64,000 nt of DNA from Nemertoderma westbladi (GCA_032718475.1 JAUCBJ010008862.1:57624-121623), one strand, 5' to 3'; counted from the first letter of the stretch, positions 1-13,041 are shown. The notes: generated from the sequence alone by a model not told the origin. Numbers and translations are program-made.

Positions 1-210
1 TTAGTATTTTATTTGGGTATTTAAAAAAGCCTCTGCCATTATAACCTGCTACTTTCCTTAAAGAGGTATCTTAAATGGTGAATATCGAAATTAAATATTC
101 GCGCAATTAATTTAAAATGTTAAAATGGGCTGAAACTACTCCCCAATTGGTAACATGCTGACTGTAAACTTCCAAAAAATCGTTGCTGTGTTGTGATGAT
201 CACTATATCA

Positions 211-1740
211 GGGGTATATCTTTTGCGTAGAGGTATAGCCTACATAGAGGCTTCATGTAGGTATGTGTAGCCTACATGTAGATGCACGTGTAGGGTGAAT
301 GTAGGTAGGTGTAGTCCCATAGATATTTATGTAATTTATGTGTCAACTTGCAGTAACGTGATACACGGTCGTCAATCAGGATGTATGGCAATAATCTCTG
401 ATCTCCACGGTACAATACGGTACATCAACCTGCAGACCTGTCTGCTGTCAGACAACAGGTTTTACTGCATACTGCAGTACTGTATAAATATCAAACATCG
501 CGTTCTGATTATACTAAAGTCCTTTACTCGTCATAAATATTAGGCCCTAATAAATTTGAGTATGCTAACGCCACGAAAGGCATCGTTCCATTAGATCAAC
601 TCGTTCTGATTTATGTCTATTGAGTAAGAGTAACCTAAACAAGAACAGCCATCATCGCGGGGACTATAGTCTACCAGAAACCCTGACCCCCCTCTGCCCC
701 TCTTTATCTGTTTATCAACCATACATCCATGGGACTTGAACAGTACTTCAGCATTGAAATGTTTTGGACGTTTTGTTTTGAAAGTAAAAATATAGAAGTC
801 TGGAAGTTTTGTTTGTTTTAATTTTTCAGGCAGTCACATTCCACCAACCAGCAACAGTCCCATCCCTTCCCACTATCCCGCGGACCACCACACTGTTTCA
901 TTATAAAGTAAAGAAAGAAAGAAGAAGTTAAATTGCATATCCATTAAACTATCATGAAATTGATACGGCATTTGAATGATGAACGATTGAAACGGCCACA
1001 GCAAGATTTATAAAATGAAAAATAAGTAAAATCAGCACACAATATTATCAATATAGACATTGAAGACAATTTAATAAACAAATACTATAAAAAAATATCT
1101 ACTAACAATCAATACATGATATATATAATATATATACATCAGCGACTACCATCGCCACTCTGGTTCAATCAGTCAGTCCGGTATCATTGTTAGCGTTTTG
1201 TTGAATTACCCACTCATCCTCAGACCCTCATGGACACCGACGACGAGCTCTAACCCTAACCGTTAGTCGATTCCTCCTTGACTGGAAACATCAGGTTCGG
1301 GCCGTTCGGCCCATACAAAGTCATTAGCCTCCATGCCTGAACCCGCAGGATCATAAGATCTACAGTATGTATCGGTATATCGTTCAGTCGTTTTTTCCTT
1401 TGTCAGTACTGTAGTATTGATAGGCTCCGTCTCGTCGGTATTCAGGGGACCCCCATTCGACGTATTCGCATCTCCTCCTGGTTGTTTCGGGTACCACCGC
1501 CCGCCATATGCGCATCTCTTCGTGGTTGTTCCGGGTACCACCCCCGTTCGCCGCATTCGCATCTCATCGAGGAAGTTCCGGTCCGGGTACCCCGTGTAGG
1601 CCTATTCATTCATCATTGTTGTTTTTAAAGACCTACCTACACCTACCTACATTCACCCTACACGTGCATCTACATGTAGGCTACACATACCTACATGTAG
1701 CCTCTATGTAGGCTATACCTCTACGCAAAAGTTATACCCC
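211..1740. mobile_element. Non-autonomous TIR DNA element A (~100-bp TIRs starting GGGGTATA)
   Basis: 211-~315 (ggggtatatcttttgcgtagaggtatagcctacatagagg...) is the near-perfect reverse complement of ~1637-1740. TATATCA flanks both sides. No transposase recognised. Confidence 0.85.
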
Positions 1741-1747
1741 TATATCA

Positions 1748-2952
1748 GGGGTAAATCTTTTCGACCTACGCGTAGGCGCTACGCGTAGCTACGCGTAGCT
1801 ACGCGTAGTTCGCAACATTGGGTCATATATCACCAGTTTCAGAGTTTTAACAATAACTACGCGTAGGTGCTACGCGTAGCTACGCGTAGGTGCTACGCGT
1901 AGCTACGCGTATGTCCTACGCGACCTACGCGTAGGTCCTACGCGACCTACGCATAGGTGCTACCCATAACTATGCCTATACGTCGTTTATCATTAGTAGG
2001 CCTACGTATTCCAAGCGGTTCAGTACTAAAATAAGACAATACGGTAGTATGTTCAATAAACAACCCACAACCATCAAATGCTTTCAACAGTAATGCATCC
2101 TATACCTGTATACTCTATATAGAGGAATACGCGAAGACTACATATTCTTCACTTCATGCGTTGCGGGCGGTAAAATGTGTTAATAATTAATGTTTAGAGT
2201 TCAAAAATAGTTTACAAAGGAAATAGGCCGATGGTTCTTATCGATTCTCTATGCTTTTTATTGCCTTTGTTCACGATAGGGCAAGGATATACTGTATTTA
2301 ATATGTTAACCCCTTGACAAGGGAAGGGGGAGACTAAATTGTCTACCATGATTGGTTGCACTTGTCATTTGACCAAACAATTTGATTATATGCAGTATTT
2401 ATCAGCTTTCGCTTAACCTCTTCACCGGTAGACTGGTCGCTTTATTTACTACTGTTCAATATTTAAATAATCCAATGGAAACAAAGATACTTGAATCATG
2501 AAACGTGAATTTTAAGTTTACTTTTTATTCATCCTCTGTGTTTGTATGTGAAAGAGCCGAATATTATTTATTACCAGTGCTGTATGTAGAGATATGAGTT
2601 TCCGATTCTGTTATTACATTTGTCTGATAATCAGATACCTGACATATACCGATACTATGCCTAACAACTCAACCCTACCGGACCTGAAATGAAAAATCAT
2701 TGTTATCAGGACTGCTACGCGTAGCACCTACGCGTAGCTACGCGTAGCACCTACGCGTAGTTTCAAAATACCTACGCGTAGTTCCAAAATAACTACGCGT
2801 AGTTTTAAAACACCTACGCGTAGTTGTTAAAAAGGCAGTAAGTCTGGCCCTACCGGTAAATGACAGGAATGGAAGTTACAAACTACGCGTAGCTACGCGT
2901 AGCTACGCGTAGCTACGCGTAGGCCTACGCGTAGGTCGAAAAGATTTACCCC
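1748..2952. mobile_element. Non-autonomous TIR DNA element B with CTACGCGTAG subterminal palindromic repeats
   Basis: ggggtaaatcttttcgacctacgcgtagg at 1748 mirrors cctacgcgtaggtcgaaaagatttacccc ending at 2952. TATATCA flanks both sides. Confidence 0.88.
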
Positions 2953-3367
2953 TATATCAGCTGTTCGGAGTATCAACAAAATATTGTCCATCAACTAACA
3001 GCTTGCTACATTCAGACAGAAACAGAGAAAGGAGGTTAGGCATACCGGTATATGCTACCAGTGACCGGTGACATACCCACAACACGACACACTCGACTGC
3101 GATAGCCTACCTAATAATGAGGTGTAGCCTACTGATCACAGAATGACACCAATACGGTAGGCCTATGGCTGTATGGTACACATTGCCATAAATCTGTGAT
3201 TATATTAAAGCTAACCTGCTAACGGTACCGGTACCGTCCCTATAACAGCAAGCATGCAGAATAAATTAACAAACAATGGGGTGAAAAATGAGTTCCCCTT
3301 TCTGACGTCGGGCAGAAAAGGGCATCGATTTCGAATTGACGTTTGACGTGCATCATCGGAAACTGAA

Positions 3368-3423
3368 ATGGATATCAAGGAGCTTTTTATTAGCTGCCGA
3401 ATCGGAGATTATGATAGAGCAAG
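3368..3423 (+). CDS. ABTB1: ABTB1 coding exon 1 (MDIKELFISCRIGDYDRAR)
   Basis: ATG at 3368. The translation resembles the ABTB1 N-terminus (MDTSDLFASCRKGD...). Donor AG|gtaagg, phase 2, matches exon 2. Confidence 0.9.
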
Positions 3424-3929
3424 GTAAGGGTTGCTGGTATGACTGATTATCAGTGTAGTACGGTAGTGCGTACGCGTACGGTAGTTGGGTAGTTCAACAT
3501 GGACCAGATGCCAGCTTTGCCAGACAAATTGGTCGGCCTATGTAAATTTTGGAAGGCAGGTTACACTTTCCAGGAAAGCAGGAAAGTGAGTTGGGTGACC
3601 AAAACAATAAACGAAAGTTAACACATGTCACATGATTGTGTATTGTAGGCTATAAATATATATCAGTCAGTAGGCCTATACAAGTCCCTAAAAGGTGCCA
3701 CCCTGCTCCATAGAACGGGAAATTCAAATGATAGAAAGACATGTAATTTGTACTGGAATCAGATCTGCCACCTACTGACCTATATTTTGGCGGTAAATTA
3801 AAATCTGTTTTAACATTGAATACATGAATAGAGTAAGACTAATGCAGTAATGTAATTCATTGATTCAGAATAAATTATTTCTTATCGGTTTAACTCACTC
3901 ATCCGTTAATGTTGTTGTTTTATCTATTC

Positions 3930-4609
3930 TGGGGCTTCGAGCAGCACGTGAACAACTAAGCTGAATGGTTATAACTAGTATGGGACTTCGAGTAGCACGT
4001 GAACGACTAAGCTGACTGGTTAACTAGTCTTAGGACTTCGAGCAGCACGTAAACAACTAACCTAACTGGTTAACTAGTCTGGGACTGTGTACAGTTTGTA
4101 ATGGAAATATGATAATTCTGTAATTTGAATCAACCGCCAAAAATATATCAATTCACTGCGCCTTTCTATCATCTATCTACTTGAAATCTACTATTAATAT
4201 ACTAGGTATAAGTGTATAATTGTTATGATTATAATGTTCTGATGTAATTATATATAACTGATACAAGCAAATAATAAATGTTCTTTACATTTTACTGGGA
4301 TATAAGTTAAGCTAAATCCCCCGACCCCCCCCCCCCCCCTCCTCAATTTTCAATTTTGCTCTAAGTCCCAGACTAGTTAACCAGTCAGCTTAGTTGTTCA
4401 CGTGCTGCTCGAAGTCCCAGACTAGTTAACCAGTCAGCTTAGTTGTTCACGTGCTGCTCGAAGTCCCAGACTAGTTAACCAATCAGCTTAGTTGTTCACG
4501 TGCTGCTCGAAGTCCCAGACTAGTTAACCAGTCAGCTTAGTTGTTCACGTGCTGCTCGAAGTCCCAGACTAGTTAACCAGTCGGCTTAGTTGTTCACGTG
4601 CTCCTCGAA
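3930..4609. repeat. 49-bp tandem repeat in two inverted blocks (~3930-4085 and 4363-4609)
   Basis: Unit aagtcccagactagttaaccagtcagcttagttgttcacgtgctgctcg x5. About 3 diverged reverse-complement copies lie upstream. Confidence 0.85.
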
Positions 4610-4631
4610 GAGGGGGTGTTATAATGCAGTA

Positions 4632-6375
4632 TAGGGATGTCCCGGAATTCCGTTCCGGCCGGAATTCCGGCGGTTATTGCCCGATTCCGGTTCCGGCCGG
4701 AATTGCCGGAATGGGGTCAATTCCGGCCGGAATTTTACCGGAATTAACAGTTTCCTAAGTAGTTTGATAGTTGCCAATTAGTTTGTTAAATTATTATCAA
4801 AATTTATATATTTGTTTTAACATATACTTACAAACTATTGTTTAAGATGCAGTACTTGTTAACACTTGTACAAAAAGTAAAGAAGTACTGTTTTCTTCGG
4901 CCGTTAGCTTAGAGCTACCATTTAAGGATGCAAGGTGGAGATAGAGATACCCCCTTCTAACCACTTCAAATCATTCGTACCGAAAAGAAAACTGCCGTGG
5001 CCCATGGAGGTTCGAACCCACAACCTCCAGAGAGACGGGAATTCAATGCAACCACTACACCAAGGTGGAACCTAATGAACCTGTAACGAGGGACAATTTC
5101 TGCCACCCCCTTTTTTTTAAGTCAATTTAGTCTTGATGGGTATGCATCACATTTCCAAAAAAATTGTCACCTGACAACTGTTTTTAGAACGTCAAAATTA
5201 CACCTCCCTTGCTCCACTGGTAACACATAAGTAAAAAGTCATTTGTTAAAAAATATAAGATGAGTCTCACATTTACAAAATATTTCTATACCCAAAGGTA
5301 TCAATCCAGGCTTTCAGCATACCTAAGTCATGAGTCGTTTGTCAAAAAAAGATGGAACATGGTACATAATCACTTTCGCTCATAAGTTGTTACTTACGTT
5401 TTATCAGTGGAGTAGAGACGCTCCCATTGAAACCAATGTGTTGGTGTTTCATAATATATTTTGACTTACGATATAAGACTTACCAGTGAAGCATGGGCCT
5501 TAACGAGTGGTTTTACAATTTGCTTATAAAGTGACGTTTTTTAGATTGATTTACATTATTATGCATTTATTTTACATTATTTTACTTTGATATAATTATT
5601 TAATAATATGATAATATTAATATTGGTATCGTCCAACGTAACACATAGGATTACCCCTAAAGCTTTGCAGCTTATTTGCAAGGGGGTCCTTTATGTAACT
5701 TGGTTACAAATACAATATTACACAAATACACTAGGCTAACCTAAAACTATTATAAAACGTTATTACACTACGTACAGGTCCTGCAAGTCTTTAGGTCCTG
5801 CAAGTGTGGTCGTTGGGTCATGCGTCAATATTCCCTGCGTCGTAGGTGCTGTATATAATACAGTATGTTTGTTTATTTATATTTACAGAAAAGCTATTTC
5901 TTACCAGAAATCTATTTATTCCCAGCAAAATTAAACTGTAAGATGTACTATTAACCCCCGTTTATTATTCTGGTTCGAATAACATGTCACTGTAACATGC
6001 TCATTTCCCTTAACGACACCATGATATTGCACGAAACGACCCAAAGACGCGAAACCAGGAAACACGAAACCGCTGGTCAACGTTGGTTTTTAGGTATGAG
6101 CCTAAAAACCTAACTTTTGGCCAAGGATATAGGTTTTTGAAAAAACAATGAAATTGAATTCCCTGACGTATAAGGCCGAAGTACCCCCCCTCCCGTCCCC
6201 ATAATAGGCCGTAACGTGCCAAAATTCAATTATTTCACAAAAAAATTATAGGGTTTCACGGGTCATTTAGTGTATTTCACTAAATTATTCAAAATTCCGG
6301 TTCCGGCCGGAATATTCCGGCATGTTGAATTCCGGTTCCGGCCGGAATCAAAATATCGATTCCGGGACATCCCTA
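4632..6375. mobile_element. Non-autonomous hAT-like element in ABTB1 intron 1
   Basis: TIRs tagggatgtcccggaa / ttccgggacatcccta. Perfect 8-bp TSD ATGCAGTA (4624-4631 and 6376-6383). Subterminal ttccggccggaa repeats. Confidence 0.88.
4890..5066 (-). mobile_element. tRNA-derived SINE fragment nested in the hAT element
   Basis: The minus strand has A-box TGGTGTAGTGG and B-box GGTTCGAACC. It shares ttttcttcggccgtt and taccatttaagg-tgcaagg blocks with the copy at 30781-31052. Confidence 0.65.
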
Positions 6376-6643
6376 ATGCAGTACCGGTGTAAACCGGTAC
6401 CGGCCAACGTTGACTTGAAGTGACAACTGAACCGATTCTTTTATAAATTTTTTTTCGAAATCTTCAGGACCTCGCACGGAATTTGTGGTGACTTAATATA
6501 AAAACACTGAAGTTTCAATTGGCCTAACCCATTGTTGTCGCAATGATTTGCATATAGTTATTGTACATTATTCTAGCACACGCACTGGTTGGCGCCTGGC
6601 GGTAGTTCATATACCTAAAACGTATTCATTGTTTTGGTTTCAG

Positions 6644-6994
6644 GTATTTGGTAGAACAAAAGGAAGTGGAGATCGGGACGCGAGATGTGTGGGACAGCAC
6701 ACCTTTGTACTACGCCTGTCTGTGCGGCCACACAACGATCGTGGAACTGTTACTTAGTAAAGGAGCGCGATGTGAAGCCAACACGTTCGACGGTGAGCGC
6801 TGTCTCTACGCCGCTCTCAACGATAAGATCCGGACTCTTCTCCGCAACTACAAACAGCTGACTGGGTCGTGTATGCGACGCGACGGGTACGAGGAGTTCC
6901 TACGACGGTCCTTGGTCGACGGGAACTTTAGCGATGTCGTCTTCATTATCGATGGAATCGCGATTAAAGCCCATAAATGTATACTCTGTTCCAG
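6644..6994 (+). CDS. ABTB1: ABTB1 exon 2 (ankyrin repeats and start of BTB1)
   Basis: YLVEQKEV...RDVWDSTPLYYACLCGH...GARCEANTFDGERCLY...SDVVF...AHKCILCSR. Acceptor tttcag|, donor CCAG|gtttgt. Confidence 0.96.
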
Positions 6995-9900
6995 GTTTGT
7001 AGTAAAACCCATAAATGTATACTCTGTTCCAGGTTTGTAGTAAAACCCATAAATGTATACTCTGTTCCAGGTTTGTAGTAAAACCCATAAATGTATACTC
7101 TGTTCCAGGTTTGTAGTAAAACCCATAAATGTATACTCTGTTCCAGGTTTGTAGTAAAACCCATAAATGTATACTCTGTTCCAGGTTTGTAGTAAAACCC
7201 ATAAATGTATACTCTGTTCCAGGTTTGTAGTAAAACCCATAAATGTATACTCTGTCCCAGGTTTGTAGTAAAACCCATAAATGTATACTCTGTTCCAGGT
7301 TTGTAGTAAAACCCATAAATGTATACTCTGTTCCAGGTTTGTAGTAAAACCCATAAATGTATACTCTGTTCCAGGTTTGTAGTAAAACCCATAAATGTAT
7401 ACTCTGTTCCAGGTTTGTAGTAAAACCCATAAATGTATACTCTGTTCCAGGTTTGTAGTAAAACCCATAAATGTATACTCTGTTCCAGGTTTGTAGTAAA
7501 ACCCATAAATGTATACTCTGTTCCAGGTTTGTAGTAAAACCCATAAATGTATACTCTGTTCCAGGTTTGTAGTAAAACCCATAAATGTATACTCTGTTCC
7601 AGGTTTGTAGTAAAACCCATAAATGTATACTCTGTTCCAGGTTTGTAGTAAAACCCATAAATGTGTAAGACTCTGTTCCAGGTTTGTAGTAAAACCCATA
7701 AATGTATACTCTGTTCCAGGTTTGTAGTAAAACCCATAAATGTATACTCTGTTCCAGGTTTGTAGTAAAACCCATAAATGTATACTCTGTTCCAGGTTTG
7801 TAGTAAAACCCATAAATGTATACTCTGTTCCAGGTTTGTAGTAAAACCCATAAATGTGTAAGACTCTGTTCCAGGTTTGTAGTAAAACCCATAAATGTAT
7901 ACTCTGTTCCAGGTTTGTAGTAAAACCCATAAATGTATACTCTGTTCCAGGTTTGTAGTAAAACCCATAAATGTATACTCTGTTCCAGGTTTGTAGTAAA
8001 ACCCATAAATGTATACTCTGTTCCATGTTTGTAGTAAAACCCATAAATGTGTAAGACTCTGTTCCAGGTTTGTAGTAAAACCCATAAATGTATACTCTGT
8101 TCCAGGTTTGTAGTAAAACCCATAAATGTGTACTCTGTTCCAGGTTTGTAGTAAAACCCATAAATGTATACTCTGTTCCAGGTTTGTAGTAAAACCCATA
8201 AATGTATACTCTGTTCCAGGTTTGTAGTAAAACCCATAAATGTATACTCTGTTCCAGGTTTGTAGTAAAACCCATAAATGTGTAAGACTCTGTTCCAGGT
8301 TTGTAGTAAAACCCATAAATGTATACTCTGTTCCAGGTTTGTAGTAAAACCCATAAATGTATACTCTGTTCCAGGTTTGTAGTAAAACCCATAAATGTAT
8401 ACTCTGTTCCAGGTTTGTAGTAAAACCCATAAATGTATACTCTGTTCCAGGTTTGTAGTAAAACCCATAAATGTGTAAGACTCTGTTCCAGGTTTGTAGT
8501 AAAACCCATAAATGTATACTCTGTTCCAGGTTTGTAGTAAAACCCATAAATGTGTACTCTGTTCCAGGTTTGTAGTAAAACCCATAAATGTATACTCTGT
8601 TCCAGGTTTGTAGTAAAACCCATAAATGTATACTCTGTTCCAGGTTTGTAGTAAAACCCATAAATGTGTAAGACTCTGTTCCAGGTTTGTAGTAAAACCC
8701 ATAAATGTATACTCTGTTCCAGGTTTGTAGTAAAACCCATAAATGTATACTCTGTTCCAGGTTTGTAGTAAAACCCATAAATGTGTACTCTGTTCCAGGT
8801 TTGTAGTAAAACCCATAAATGTATACTCTGTTCCAGGTTTGTAGTAAAACCCATAAATGTGTAAGACTCTGTTCCAGGTTTGTAGTAAAACCCATAAATG
8901 TATACTCTGTTCCAGGTTTGTAGTAAAACCCATAAATGTATACTCTGTTCCAGGTTTGTAGTAAAACCCATAAATGTATACTCTGTTCCAGGTTTGTAGT
9001 AAAACCCATAAATGTATACTCTGTTCCAGGTTTGTAGTAAAACCCATAAATGTATACTCTGTTCCAGGTTTGTAGTAAAACCCATAAATGTATACTCTGT
9101 TCCAGGTTTGTAGTAAAACCCATAAATGTGTAAGACTCTGTTCCAGGTTTGTAGTAAAACCCATAAATGTATACTCTGTTCCAGGTTTGTAGTAAAACCC
9201 ATAAATGTGTACTCTGTTCCAGGTTTGTAGTAAAACCCATAAATGTATACTCTGTTCCAGGTTTGTAGTAAAACCCATAAATGTATACTCTGTTCCAGGT
9301 TTGTAGTAAAACCCATAAATGTGTAAGACTCTGTTCCAGGTTTGTAGTAAAACCCATAAATGTATACTCTGTTCCAGGTTTGTAGTAAAACCCATAAATG
9401 TATACTCTGTTCCAGGTTTGTAGTAAAACCCATAAATGTATACTCTGTTCCAGGTTTGTAGTAAAACCCATAAATGTATACTCTGTTCCAGGTTTGTAGT
9501 AAAACCCATAAATGTGTAAGACTCTGTTCCAGGTTTGTAGTAAAACCCATAAATGTATACTCTGTTCCAGGTTTGTAGTAAAACCCATAAATGTATACTC
9601 TGTTCCAGGTTTGTAGTAAAACCCATAAATGTATACTCTGTTCCAGGTTTGTAGTAAAACCCATAAATGTATACTCTGTTCCAGGTTTGTAGTAAAACCC
9701 ATAAATGTGTAAGACTCTGTTCCAGGTTTGTAGTAAAACCCATAAATGTATACTCTGTTCCAGGTTTGTAGTAAAACCCATAAATGTGTACTCTGTTCCA
9801 GGTTTGTAGTAAAACCCATAAATGTATACTCTGTTCCAGGTTTGTAGTAAAACCCATAAATGTATACTCTGTTCCAGGTTTGTAGTAAAACCCATAAATG

Positions 9901-11311
9901 TATACTCTGTTCCAGGTTTGTAGTAAAACCCATAAATGTGTAAGACTCTGTTCCAGGTTTGTAGTAAAACCCATAAATGTATACTCTGTTCCAGGTTTGT
10001 AGTAAAACCCATAAATGTATACTCTGTTCCAGGTTTGTAGTAAAACCCATAAATGTATACTCTGTTCCAGGTTTGTAGTAAAACCCATAAATGTATACTC
10101 TGTTCCAGGTTTGTAGTAAAACCCATAAATGTGTAAGACTCTGTTCCAGGTTTGTAGTAAAACCCATAAATGTATACTCTGTTCCAGGTTTGTAGTAAAA
10201 CCCATAAATGTGTACTCTGTTCCAGGTTTGTAGTAAAACCCATAAATGTATACTCTGTTCCAGGTTTGTAGTAAAACCCATAAATGTATACTCTGTTCCA
10301 GGTTTGTAGTAAAACCCATAAATGTGTAAGACTCTGTTCCAGGTTTGTAGTAAAACCCATAAATGTATACTCTGTTCCAGGTTTGTAGTAAAACCCATAA
10401 ATGTATACTCTGTTCCAGGTTTGTAGTAAAACCCATAAATGTATACTCTGTTCCAGGTTTGTAGTAAAACCCATAAATGTATACTCTGTTCCAGGTTTGT
10501 AGTAAAACCCATAAATGTGTAAGACTCTGTTCCAGGTTTGTAGTAAAACCCATAAATGTATACTCTGTTCCAGGTTTGTAGTAAAACCCATAAATGTGTA
10601 CTCTGTTCCAGGTTTGTAGTAAAACCCATAAATGTATACTCTGTTCCAGGTTTGTAGTAAAACCCATAAATGTATACTCTGTTCCAGGTTTGTAGTAAAA
10701 CCCATAAATGTATACTCTGTTCCAGGTTTGTAGTAAAACCCATAAATGTGTAAGACTCTGTTCCAGGTTTGTAGTAAAACCCATAAATGTATACTCTGTT
10801 CCAGGTTTGTAGTAAAACCCATAAATGTATACTCTGTTCCAGGTTTGTAGTAAAACCCATAAATGTATACTCTGTTCCAGGTTTGTAGTAAAACCCATAA
10901 ATGTATACTCTGTTCCAGGTTTGTAGTAAAACCCATAAATGTATACTCTGTTCCAGGTTTGTAGTAAAACCCATAGATGTATACTCTGTTCCAGGTTTGT
11001 AGTAAAACCCATAAATGTATACTCTGTTCCAGGTTTGTAGTAAAACCCATAAATGTGTACTCTGTTCCAGGTTTGTAGTAAAACCCATAAATGTATACTC
11101 TGTTCCAGGTTTGTAGTAAAACCCATAAATGTATACTCTGTTCCAGGTTTGTAGTAAAACCCATAAATGTATACTCTGTTCCAGGTTTGTAGTAAAACCC
11201 ATAAATGTATACTCTGTCCCAGGTTTGTAGTAAAACCCATAAATGTATACTCTGTTCCAGGTTTGTAGTAAAACCCATAAATGTATACTCTGTTCCAGGT
11301 TTGTAGTAAAA
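6970..11311 (+). repeat. 38-bp satellite (~113 copies) made of the exon 2 / intron 2 junction
   Basis: Unit cccataaatgtatactctgttccag|gtttgtagtaaaa. The first copy is the real exon end. A 41-bp variant recurs periodically. Confidence 0.97.
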
Positions 11312-11392
11312 TTAAGTGTTTTTTACTTTTATTTAGGTGCTTTTTATTTTTTTACCTTTATTTACTTTTATATTATTCATTTTTCATTATAG

Positions 11393-11511
11393 GTGCGTTT
11401 ATTTCAATGACATGTTTGAAAATAAATGGGCAGATAAACAAATGATAACATTGAAGAACGCCTCTGTTAAATTAACAGCGTTTAAGCATATCCTTACTTT
11501 CATTTACACAG
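11393..11511 (+). CDS. ABTB1: ABTB1 exon 3 (BTB1)
   Basis: (R)CVYFNDMFENKWADKQMITLKNASVKLTAFKHILTFIYT(G). Strong polypyrimidine acceptor, donor CAG|gtaatt, phases consistent. Confidence 0.93.
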
Positions 11512-11855
11512 GTAATTAGTTAATTATTAACAGCGTTTAAGCATATCCTTACTTTCATTTACACAGGTAATTAGTTAATTATTAACAGCGTTTAAGCATA
11601 TCCTTACTTTCATTTACACAGGTAATTAGTTAATTATTAACAGCGTTTAAGCATATCCTTACTTTCATTTACACAGGTAATTAGTTAATTATTAACAGCG
11701 TTTAAGCATATCCTTACTTTCATTTACACAGGTAATTAGTTAATTATTAACAGCGTTTAAGCATATCTTTACTTTCATTTACACAGGTAATTAGTTAATT
11801 ATTAACAGCGTTTAAGCATATCCTTACTTTCATTTACACAGGTAATTAGTTAATT
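11471..11855 (+). repeat. 55-bp tandem repeat x7 made of the exon 3 / intron 3 junction
   Basis: Unit attaacagcgtttaagcatatccttactttcatttacacag|gtaattagttaatt at 11471, 11526, 11581, 11636, 11691, 11746 and 11801. Confidence 0.97.
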
Positions 11856-12048
11856 ATTTTATACCAAATTCATTATTTTATTTTCAATCCGCGATAATTC
11901 ATTAATATATTCTCATTCTGGTGAATTTCCGTCTTTAGATATTTTTATGTTTTATATGGGCGATAAATCTGTGAGGACGTTTTGCTCATTAATAATAGCA
12001 GTGTTCGAGCTGCGCGAAGTTAGTTAGTTAATATTAATTTATTAACAG

Positions 12049-12165
12049 GTCGACTGAATATAGCCACTAGTGAGGTTGAAGATGTACAACGTTTAGCCAA
12101 ACAATGTCGCCTTTATCAAATCATTAACGATATTGACTGTCAACTACGGAAAGTTTACGAATTTG
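12049..12165 (+). CDS. ABTB1: ABTB1 exon 4
   Basis: GRLNIATSEVEDVQRLAKQCRLYQIINDIDCQLRKVYEF resembles ABTB1 GRLD...RLAKQCQL...KVSEF. AG/GT boundaries, phase 1-1. Confidence 0.92.
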
Positions 12166-12361
12166 GTTAGTTTCATTATTGTCTCGACCTTCACTTTTTG
12201 ATTGTTCCAAATTCCGACTATTGAGTGAGTGTAGCGGTTTACTTATTGTCTTATCGTTGTTATTATTAATTATTAACGGTACTAAAGTTTACGTTAGGCA
12301 ATATATTTGCACATTAATTTTGGATTAACCCTTATTTTATTTTCGTCTATAGATTTACCGC

Positions 12362-13041
12362 GCTGGGTCAAAATCACTAAAAGTGGCCAAAACTGAACAA
12401 AAACATTAGACTCGCCGTAACTTTTGACTTCCTCGATCATTTCCAATAATTTCTATATTATTAAAATGACCGGCATTTTTTGGTGGCAACCTTGTATTAA
12501 TTTTTCAGAATATCTGCGCGAATTCGAAAAAACATAGATTTTTCAGTGTGACACTCAATACATAAGTTAAAAGCATTTAAATTTTATAATGTTAATGAAC
12601 CAAATAATGTTGATATCTATATACCATTTGGAAGAGCATAAAATTATGCAGAAGCTAATATATTATTTATTGTTGTCCAATGTATCGTAAGGTACGTCTA
12701 TCAGTAAGAATAAACATTAGATAATTTTATGTTTTTTTTTGTGTCCCAGCCCCCCCACCCCCCTGTAATGCTCTATACTCTCCTTATAAAATATGTAGCT
12801 CCCCTGTAATGCGACCCCCCTGTAATTCTCTATACAGTACTACTATTGCTATACGAAAATGGCAGTACAGGGGGGACTTAACTTAAAACCCAAATAGAAT
12901 TAGTGAAGTAAATTTTAATAGCTGCCCACCGCGCTCATCGAATTCTCCTTAAAAAGAGCTTTCGAATGATATTATGAAGGAAAATTTCTTTGACGAAAAT
13001 CCCATCGTAATTTTGGCCACATTTAGTGATTTTGACCCCGC
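12362..13041. mobile_element. MITE-like element with ~30-bp TIRs
   Basis: gggtcaaaatcactaaaagtggccaaaa versus ttttggccacatttagtgattttgaccc. Confidence 0.7.

Noticed and set aside
6848-11278. 1400+ aa minus-strand ORFs in all three frames
   Set aside because: This is an artefact of a 38-bp unit with no stop on that strand. The unit derives from the + strand ABTB1 junction.
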